Part shown: positions 48,212 to 54,071 of the stretch, in pieces
How positions within the stretch are numbered: position 1 is the stretch's first letter
Layout: every line of letters starts with the position of its first letter
From: a virus
Taxonomy: Duplodnaviria > Caudoviricetes
IMG/VR virus record: IMGVR_UViG_3300042387_000502
Coordinates: 1-54,071 of that record
Length of the DNA: 54,071 nt
Reading direction: 5' to 3' (one strand)
Program-made: the position numbers and the translations under genes
The notes under the pieces: generated by a model
Database searches by the model: none
Seen by the model: only the letters and a program-made list of their open reading frames with translations
What the model was told of the DNA's origin: nothing

Positions 48212-48320
48212 TTGTATATAGAATATAGGTGTGTTTCACACCACATGTCCAAGCTTTGAGATTTCAGGGAAATATATTTGACTGTCGTAAACAACATATG
48301 CTACCCTCACCCGTGAGCGC

Positions 48321-48452
48321 AAAAGAGAAGCCCCCGTGTATGGGATCACGGGGACTAAGATAAATGGCTGCTAGGACCTCAACGAAAGGAAAAACCTGCC
48401 TTACTTAGCATCTAGAGGAGATGCACCATTTATATAAATAGGCACAAGGCCT
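48321..48452 (-). ncRNA. candidate trans-acting sRNA with anti-RBS seed
   Basis: TGATATAAT promoter at 48459-48467; seed UUCCUUUCGUUGA; terminator CCCCGUG/CACGGGG plus CUUCUCUUUU. Confidence 0.6.
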
Positions 48453-48469
48453 ATTCAAATTATATCACA

Positions 48470-48874
48470 CTAAACGAGTAATCTTTCCAGCGCATACTTC
48501 TCACAGAACGCCGATAGGTCCATGGTAAAAATTGCTTCATTCTTCATACCAAGAACTTTGTTTTCAAGGTTTCGGTGATCGTCTTGCTCATGTAGCGAGA
48601 ACGTTTGATCTTTCCAGTTGATAACAGCAATCTTATGCTCGTTATCTCCAATTGAATTTACTTGAAGACCCCAGCCTGTTTCCATGTTCCATTGATCTCC
48701 GATTAATTGACTGATCGCAATACGTGTAGCATATGATTCATCTGTCCAACGGGGACGGGCAGCAATGACAGCATCCGCCAATTTACCTAACATGTTATAT
48801 CCAGCCCAATGTCCATACAGACATATAGTGTCGCCTGCTCCGTCTACGAATACGTAGTTTGCTCTATCTCCCAT
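48470..48874 (-). CDS. conserved phage hypothetical protein
   Basis: MGDRAN...LYGHWAG...RW.D.SY. Confidence 0.75.
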   Translation of the reverse strand: MGDRANYVFVDGAGDTICLYGHWAGYNMLGKLADAVIAARPRWTDESYATRIAISQLIGDQWNMETGWGLQVNSIGDNEHKIAVINWKDQTFSLHEQDDHRNLENKVLGMKNEAIFTMDLSAFCEKYALERLLV

Positions 48875-49101
48875 TATATTTCCGCCTTTTCTAGTTGAGG
48901 GACTTTTTCTGTTTTATTTAATTCTACTATTTCTAGTGTTACTTTGTCAAGAGCCTGTTTATTCTTGTTTAAATGGTGGCTACAGAAGCTGAGCTCATTT
49001 GATGTAAGCCCTCCCACTGTATCTACATCTGACTTATTAACAAATCTAATTATCCATTTAGCCTGAGCTGGACAAGAATCGCATTTAATCCATTCGCTCA
49101 T
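48874..49101 (-). CDS. zinc-binding protein (actinobacterial CDxC...FCxHH type)
   Basis: CDSC.AQA...LSFCSHH. Confidence 0.7.
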   Translation of the reverse strand: MSEWIKCDSCPAQAKWIIRFVNKSDVDTVGGLTSNELSFCSHHLNKNKQALDKVTLEIVELNKTEKVPQLEKAEI

Positions 49102-49244
49102 AGTTTATTACTTTCAATCATGTCTGATAGTCTGTCTAATAACCATGAATCAATGTCAGCGATATCAATCTCCCGTAACTTCTCAATCATTTCTTCACGG
49201 GCAAACTTATAGCCTTCTTGGAATCCATCTTTATAATCAGACAT
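49098..49244 (-). CDS. hypothetical protein
   Basis: Read manually: MSDYKDGFQEGYKFAREE... Confidence 0.6.
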   Translation of the reverse strand: MSDYKDGFQEGYKFAREEMIEKLREIDIADIDSWLLDRLSDMIESNKL

Positions 49245-49476
49245 TTAACATCCTATCATATCTATATGCCAATTCGTTATCAGCATATTTACTTTCGACT
49301 AAAACCTTAAGTTGGTGCTTAGATATTAATCTAGTTACCTTCTCAATGTTACCAGTTCCTATTTCGAAAGTCAATGTTTCTTTGTTATATGAATCAGGAT
49401 CTAATCCTCCAACCTCAGCGTCCCATATAGAAAAATGGAACGCCCTGGATGAATCTGCTTTTAATTTATAAAACAT
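49237..49476 (-). CDS. hypothetical protein
   Basis: ATG overlapping the upstream stop. Confidence 0.65.
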   Translation of the reverse strand: MFYKLKADSSRAFHFSIWDAEVGGLDPDSYNKETLTFEIGTGNIEKVTRLISKHQLKVLVESKYADNELAYRYDRMLNV

Positions 49477-50108
49477 TAGTTCCAATCCACATCTGTGTCT
49501 TCAATTGACCAATCATTTACTTCAACATCATTGCCATATGATGTTAATGAAAGTTCATCTCCGAGTTTGTAATGAGCGTCAAAGTTATCAATCTCATCAA
49601 GTGGGACCTGAACAGTTACTTCAAAGTTAATAGTTCCAGTTACTGTAACTGTCTTTGATAATTCAAAGCCAAACAGTTCTGATATTTGTTGAAGCGCTTC
49701 TTCTTTTGTATAATTAGGATTATACAATTCAACTAGAAGTTCCTCTAACTCATTAACTTTAAGTTTAAGGCCATTGTATAAATCATCAGCACGGCGACCT
49801 TGTTCAAGGGCCCATTCGATGTCGACTACCTTCTCTGTCGAGTAAGTTGTCTCCCCGTTAAAAATCTTCTTGTAAGTTACAAGTAGATTAGAGTTATACT
49901 CATTAGGTACTGCAGGTGTTATTGTTGCTCCATATGTTTCCATTTTATTCCTTTCGTTGGTTGAGAGTATTGTAGCATCTTGCACTGACAATAAGGTGGA
50001 CCGTATCAAACAGTGTGAAATATTTGTAGCTTCCCCTTTTCGTGTTACCTCAATCAAGGCATCACAATTAGTGCAAAGGTATGTATCCTTAAACCATTTG
50101 TCAGTCAT
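49476..50108 (-). CDS. hypothetical protein with a second in-frame start at 49943
   Basis: Coupled ATG at 50108; internal promoter and RBS before the ATG at 49943. Confidence 0.7.
   Translation of the reverse strand: MTDKWFKDTYLCTNCDALIEVTRKGEATNISHCLIRSTLLSVQDATILSTNERNKMETYGATITPAVPNEYNSNLLVTYKKIFNGETTYSTEKVVDIEWALEQGRRADDLYNGLKLKVNELEELLVELYNPNYTKEEALQQISELFGFELSKTVTVTGTINFEVTVQVPLDEIDNFDAHYKLGDELSLTSYGNDVEVNDWSIEDTDVDWN
49969..49990 (-). promoter_or_regulatory. PafBC/RecA-NDp-type promoter
   Basis: TGTCAG-TGCAAGATGC-TACAAT. Confidence 0.75.
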
Positions 50109-50839
50109 ACTTTAACCTTATGAACACTGCATTCTGCCATGGCCTGTTCATCTTGCCAAGATCCTTGATTACAAAGTTCACAGAATTCACCGCATCCCTC
50201 TTCGCAGTATTCTATTGTATTGTAAGATTGACAGGCATAGCAACGATTTTGATATTCCATTAATTCGTTAACCTCACCACGGACAATCTCGTATTCTCCG
50301 CCCCAACCTGTTTCTTCCTCAAATTCAAGGGTTAGTAAAGAGTTAGGAACAAGATTACTTAGTTTAGTTAATATAGTTACAGCAGGTGACCAAGCAGTAT
50401 TATATTTATATACCAACCAGTTATCATCACCGTCTGATGTGTATTCAAGTAATTCAGTATCAGGATACTCGTCACCGTCTGATACGGCTACATCCCATTT
50501 AGTTCCCCAGTTAGTTGTATTCCATGAATACCAATCTTTCTGAGTCATAGCATGCGCTACCTCTTTAGCAAACCAATCAGGTGCACTCGTGTCTGTTCCT
50601 AGTCGTGTAGGCTGTTGAACATATTCTTGCATTGTAATACCGTCTTGTAGTGGAGAATGTATATTCCAAAATGCAAAGACAGGATTAGAGTAAGTTGATT
50701 CTGTTATTTCCATTTTCATAGTTTCCATATTCCAACTATCGTGCCATACCATAAATGGCTCGTTAAGTTTATCTTTGATAAAATCTATCTCAGACTTTGG
50801 ACCTTGGATTGTTAATGTGTTATACACCCAGTTAGGCAT
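50105..50839 (-). CDS. YubB/DUF1281 (Api92-like ferredoxin-fold) protein
   Basis: MPNWVYNTL, WYSWN..NWGTKWD, YNTAWSP. Confidence 0.8.
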   Translation of the reverse strand: MPNWVYNTLTIQGPKSEIDFIKDKLNEPFMVWHDSWNMETMKMEITESTYSNPVFAFWNIHSPLQDGITMQEYVQQPTRLGTDTSAPDWFAKEVAHAMTQKDWYSWNTTNWGTKWDVAVSDGDEYPDTELLEYTSDGDDNWLVYKYNTAWSPAVTILTKLSNLVPNSLLTLEFEEETGWGGEYEIVRGEVNELMEYQNRCYACQSYNTIEYCEEGCGEFCELCNQGSWQDEQAMAECSVHKVKV

Positions 50840-50864
50840 ATTATTCCTTTCGTTGAATAGCGCA

Positions 50865-50886
50865 ATTGTAGCAGAGTCAACTGACA
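50865..50886 (-). promoter_or_regulatory. PafBC/RecA-NDp-type promoter
   Basis: TGTCAG-TTGACTCTGC-TACAAT. Confidence 0.75.
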
Positions 50887-50958
50887 TTATCAAGGATTTC
50901 AGGGCTTTTTATACACATGCCGTAAAAAAGAAAAATGGCCTTTACGTCTGGGGGCTTG

Positions 50959-51032
50959 CGATCCATAACGGACTTGAACCGTCGACCTCTACCGTGACAG
51001 GGTAGCGCTCTAACCAACTGAGCTAATGGACC
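50959..51032 (-). tRNA. tRNA-Asp(GTC)
   Basis: Acceptor GGTCCAT/ATGGATC, anticodon arm CTACC-CTGTCAC-GGTAG, GTTCAAGTC T-loop, G73. Confidence 0.95.
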
Positions 51033-51063
51033 TAGATGTGGGGCCCTTTCGGGCCCCAGTTGA

Positions 51064-52071
51064 TTAGGCTAACGCCTTAACCGCTTTGAGAATTTTATTC
51101 TTCTCTGCGGTAATGATTGGATCGAAACCACTTGCACCAGCATTTAGCGATTCGGTGTTACCAGTACGGGCGGTACGGTAATAATCTAAACGCTCAGTCA
51201 ATGCATTAAACGCACCCCAAGCAGTGCCTTTAATTGTGTTATTAGTTGGTGAGTTATGATAAAGGTCATCAATTAAAACAACCTTATTCTCCCACTTCTT
51301 TAATGCGCCTTTAACATCTGCTTCAGGCTTTGGGTATAGATTGCGAATCAAATCCGAGAATTGCTTATCGGTAATTGATTGCTTGAATAATTCGTCCGCT
51401 TCCTTTTGAAATGCATCTGCGTATGCAAATGTTAATCCCAATGCTTGACGGGCTTGCACAATTCTACCTTCGGCAGTTTGTGTATGACGAATCTTGAATG
51501 ATTGCTTAGCGCCCTTCATTGCAAGATTAAGAGTGTTTTGGCATACAACACGAACGGGTGTAATTGCTGCTTGAACCGCAACTGAACCGTCGTGAGATGT
51601 CCATACAATTAAATATAACTTAGTTTTATCGTTAATACCTTGTGGGTCTAATACGATCTCTCTAGGTATATCTAATGAGCCAAATACAACTTTGCCCTTT
51701 TTAATTGAGCCAGCAGATTCCCATTTAGCAGAATCGTTATCTAATACATTATCAGCAAATGCGAATAACTCTTCATTCTGAACAGTTTTGTATCGCTTGC
51801 CAACTACTGATAAAACATCAGTGCCTTGGTCAAATGGATTATCACGAATGACAAAGAAATTGTCTGATGTATTTCTCCATGTGTTTGGGATATGATCTGC
51901 AACATCTGACAAGCGGACATTCCAGTTATTCAACTTTGCTTCTTCAAGCATTGTTGCGGTAGTTACATTTTCATCTTGAGCGAAAATGCGATTTGCAAGA
52001 TTATGCCAAGCAGGTGCACCACGCAATGCAAATGCTACTTGACCATCTTGCTCTTCGAGATTATGAGCCAT
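51064..52071 (-). CDS. DUF932 / TIGR03299 phage-plasmid protein
   Basis: AWH.L, Y..VQN, SHDGS, TPVRVVCQNTL, RHT, GTAWGAFNALTE. Confidence 0.88.
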   Translation of the reverse strand: MAHNLEEQDGQVAFALRGAPAWHNLANRIFAQDENVTTATMLEEAKLNNWNVRLSDVADHIPNTWRNTSDNFFVIRDNPFDQGTDVLSVVGKRYKTVQNEELFAFADNVLDNDSAKWESAGSIKKGKVVFGSLDIPREIVLDPQGINDKTKLYLIVWTSHDGSVAVQAAITPVRVVCQNTLNLAMKGAKQSFKIRHTQTAEGRIVQARQALGLTFAYADAFQKEADELFKQSITDKQFSDLIRNLYPKPEADVKGALKKWENKVVLIDDLYHNSPTNNTIKGTAWGAFNALTERLDYYRTARTGNTESLNAGASGFDPIITAEKNKILKAVKALA

Positions 52072-52098
52072 TTTATCCTTTCGTTTGGTTGAATGCTT

Positions 52099-52120
52099 AT
52101 TCTAACATACACGACTGACA
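52099..52120 (-). promoter_or_regulatory. PafBC/RecA-NDp-type promoter
   Basis: TGTCAG-TCGTGTATGT-TAGAAT. Confidence 0.75.
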
Positions 52121-52153
52121 TTGTCTATCTTATTTGACATGAATTTGCGGGGG

Positions 52154-52185
52154 TTTTCCACAGGGTGCCGTAAGGCTGTGGATAA
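52154..52185. promoter_or_regulatory. pair of DnaA boxes
   Basis: TTTTCCACA (52154-62) and TGTGGATAA (52177-85). Confidence 0.55.
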
Positions 52186-52243
52186 GTCCCCAGCTATTGA
52201 GGGCAGGGGAAATGGGCCAGGGGACTAGGCTGGCCCAAGTTTA

Positions 52244-52456
52244 TTAGATTAAGTTATGAATCTCTTCTGGAAAGAATGCTGCGAATACTTTTTTGTTTTC
52301 TTGTGTATCAACAACATATGCTTTAACATTGCCTTGAAATTTTTTTAAATTACTTTTAACTAACTTAGTTAATGCATCACGATTATAACTATTTGCAGAC
52401 CATAACGTTAGATCATGAGCTTTATTAGCATCATAGATTTCTACACGATACCGCAT
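52244..52456 (-). CDS. hypothetical protein
   Basis: AAAGGAA RBS; TGTTATAAT promoter. Confidence 0.7.
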   Translation of the reverse strand: MRYRVEIYDANKAHDLTLWSANSYNRDALTKLVKSNLKKFQGNVKAYVVDTQENKKVFAAFFPEEIHNLI

Positions 52457-52528
52457 TGTGTTCCTTTGTTAGTAGGGATAGAAATTATAACATAGGGGGC
52501 TAGATTTTGTCTAGCCCCCATCTGTTAT

Positions 52529-52951
52529 TTAGAGATAACGAGCAATAGCGTTATAGGTGCTTGTGCTAACTGTTTCCTCATCGGTCATTTTGAGAATACG
52601 AATAGCATTTTCCATTTCCTCTTTCATCTCACGATAAGTGTGCTGATGGATTTGCTCAAAATCTTTTACAGGCTCAGCAGGGAAATCGCCTTCCTTAACT
52701 GTTAAATCAAAATCAACATTAAGGGAGTTGTTCCAAGAACGATAGTTGGTGCGTAGGTTTTCAGCCTTTGAGAATTGACTAATAGCCCATTTCCCAATTT
52801 CCTTTTTCCAAGCATCTACTTTCTTTTGGAACTTTGCTTCGTTTTCATCTTGCTTTGTGTAATCAGCCTCTAGTTTGGCTAATCTTGTTTCTAAGGCTTT
52901 GATAACCTTAGCAGTAGGTATTTTTACCTGTATTGCTTTGCCTCTTGCCAT
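52529..52951 (-). CDS. hypothetical protein
   Basis: CAACGAAAGGAA RBS. Confidence 0.8.
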   Translation of the reverse strand: MARGKAIQVKIPTAKVIKALETRLAKLEADYTKQDENEAKFQKKVDAWKKEIGKWAISQFSKAENLRTNYRSWNNSLNVDFDLTVKEGDFPAEPVKDFEQIHQHTYREMKEEMENAIRILKMTDEETVSTSTYNAIARYL

Positions 52952-52988
52952 TTGTGTTTCCTTTCGTTGGTTGGTTGTTGTTATGAGT

Positions 52989-53010
52989 ATTATAGCAGGA
53001 GGGTCTGACG
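52989..53010 (-). promoter_or_regulatory. PafBC-type promoter variant inside a hairpin
   Basis: CGTCAG-ACCCTCCTGC-TATAAT; 10-bp inverted repeat at 52995-53020. Confidence 0.65.
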
Positions 53011-53029
53011 ACCCTCCTGCCCTAAATTA

Positions 53030-53209
53030 CTAGCCCAGTAGCGTTTTAGCGGATACTGAAGTCCAACGAGTTTCTTTCGTTGGCATTTCTAGTAGCACAC
53101 GCACCGAGCCAGATGCCTGTGGGTGTATCTCTTTGATAACACCTGTTCTTTTTGACTTTAGGGTGGTGAATAAATCGCCAACCTGATAGAGTTTTCCTTC
53201 TATTGTCAT
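53030..53209 (-). CDS. small SH3/KOW-like protein
   Basis: Read manually: MTIEGKLYQVGDLFTTLKSKRTGVIKEI... Confidence 0.65.
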   Translation of the reverse strand: MTIEGKLYQVGDLFTTLKSKRTGVIKEIHPQASGSVRVLLEMPTKETRWTSVSAKTLLG

Positions 53210-53237
53210 TTTTGCCTCTTTTCTTTGTTAGGTGGTA

Positions 53238-53259
53238 AGTATAACATTGGGGTCTGACA
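53238..53259 (-). promoter_or_regulatory. PafBC/RecA-NDp-type promoter
   Basis: TGTCAG-ACCCCAATGT-TATACT. Confidence 0.72.
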
Positions 53260-53304
53260 TTTGTCTAGCCCTATCTCACTATTTGAGAATCTTAGCGTGT
53301 GACC

Positions 53305-53571
53305 TTAGTCACTTTCTTGTAGCCAAGCGTGGAGGTGGTGTTGGTCTACGATAGCCGATGCAGGTGCGAATTTTTCTCCACGATAAAATACGCCTTCAGG
53401 CATTTCGATCAATTTGTTGTAGTCCTCATCCCAATAAGCGTCAATAGCCTCGATGCAAGGTTGCACCATAGATAGTGGAACGGGCGGGTAATGATTACCC
53501 TGTAAGTGATAAGCGATACCTTGTTCTAAATCGAACTCGCTTGCTAAATCTAGCGCAGTGTTATTTCCCAT
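53305..53571 (-). CDS. conserved actinophage hypothetical protein
   Basis: HLQGNHYPPVP...HHL.AWL. Confidence 0.75.
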   Translation of the reverse strand: MGNNTALDLASEFDLEQGIAYHLQGNHYPPVPLSMVQPCIEAIDAYWDEDYNKLIEMPEGVFYRGEKFAPASAIVDQHHLHAWLQESD

Positions 53572-53573
53572 TG

Positions 53574-53798
53574 TTAGTTTCCTTCCGCAATAGTTACTTC
53601 AGCCCAAGTGTTATTTTCATTAGCAAGTGGTAATACATTAGACATACCAAGTGCGTGTAGTGTTGCTTCCTTGCACATTTGCTTTAGTGTTGTTTCGTCA
53701 AGCGCAATTAGCGCAGGCAATAAACTTGCAGGAATTTTATCCAAGTCAATAATTGCCTCGAATACTATTGTGTGTGGAACTTTCATTAGATTAGACAT
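53574..53798 (-). CDS. hypothetical protein
   Basis: CAACGAAAGG RBS. Confidence 0.7.
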   Translation of the reverse strand: MSNLMKVPHTIVFEAIIDLDKIPASLLPALIALDETTLKQMCKEATLHALGMSNVLPLANENNTWAEVTIAEGN

Positions 53799-53826
53799 TT
53801 GCTACCTTTCGTTGGTTGATAAGAGT

Positions 53827-53848
53827 ATTTTACACTATGCCACTGACA
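53827..53848 (-). promoter_or_regulatory. PafBC/RecA-NDp-type promoter
   Basis: TGTCAG-TGGCATAGTG-TAAAAT. Confidence 0.75.
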
Positions 53849-53864
53849 TTACCTAATCCATCCT

Positions 53865-53986
53865 CGGCGTGTCGCAGCTTTTGTGATAATACTCACAATT
53901 TCAGGGGTTGTGGATAACTCTCGTAACCCTGTGGATAACCCCCTACATATAGGGGCCGAGCTGACAATTGTCAACTCGACACGCCG
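53865..53986. promoter_or_regulatory. cluster of host-regulator-like sites (CRP, DnaA, GACAC boxes)
   Basis: TGTGA-N6-TCACA at 53882-97; TGTGGATAA at 53909-17 and 53930-38; CGGCGTGTCG at 53865 and CGACACGCCG at 53977. Confidence 0.6.
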
Positions 53987-54071
53987 TTATTCTTTCTCCC
54001 AACGATAGGGCACATCATCTTTACCGTCATGATTATTATCAACCTTGGCACCACGCCACACGTACATGGCT
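53987..54071 (-). CDS. 3' end of a gene truncated by the window
   Basis: ...AMYVWRGAKVDNNHDGKDDVPYRWEKE*. Confidence 0.45.
   Translation of the reverse strand, partial: AMYVWRGAKVDNNHDGKDDVPYRWEKE

Noticed and set aside
52484-52505. PafBC-type promoter for gene 52456
   Set aside because: The -10 (TATAAT) is good, but the upstream hexamer is ATCTAG, so it is not counted among the seven.
53945-53966. An eighth TGTCAG promoter
   Set aside because: TGTCAG is present, but the hexamer at the N10 position is ATATGT rather than TANNNT.
1-54071. Stop-codon reassignment
   Set aside because: Conserved genes are full length in the standard code; TAA, TAG and TGA all end genes at coupled junctions; no suppressor tRNA seen.
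1-54071. Integrase, transposase, reverse transcriptase/DGR or retron
   Set aside because: No ORF with the corresponding catalytic motifs was recognised in this window.

Overview
This is a 54-kb AT-rich fragment of a tailed dsDNA phage, most likely infecting a low-GC (probably freshwater) actinobacterium. The host call rests on WhiB, an Lsr2-like protein, a DnaE-type replisome, many leaderless genes and PafBC-like promoter motifs. The + strand block (1-45726) holds the end of a Cys-rich tail-fibre-like gene, replication and recombination genes (DnaB, primase, SSB, DnaE, RecA, Cas4-like, RuvC), a sugar-modification cassette and the terminase. It also holds tRNA-CAT, Hsp20 with a ROSE-like thermometer, a lysis cassette, WhiB, two proteases, thioredoxin, eight Fe(II)/2OG or cupin oxygenases, KatG and an HNH nuclease. 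After a non-coding junction, a convergent - strand block (about 46250-54071) carries small, presumably early, genes and tRNA-Asp. The most striking signal is regulatory and lies in this - strand block. (1) Seven promoters read (T/C)GTCAG-N10-TANNNT, the architecture of actinobacterial PafBC/RecA-NDp DNA-damage promoters. (2) Most of the genes they drive share the leader CAACGAAAGGA. (3) A separately promoted and terminated ~130-nt candidate sRNA (48321-48452, -) carries a 12-13 nt perfect antisense seed to that leader. (4) A bipartite motif ATTTCAGGG-N16-CGTAA, plus DnaA boxes, CRP-like sites and GACAC boxes, sits upstream of these promoters. Together these suggest a host-damage-sensor-activated early regulon with an sRNA off-switch. 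The motifs are seen in the sequence; the functional model is inference and untested.
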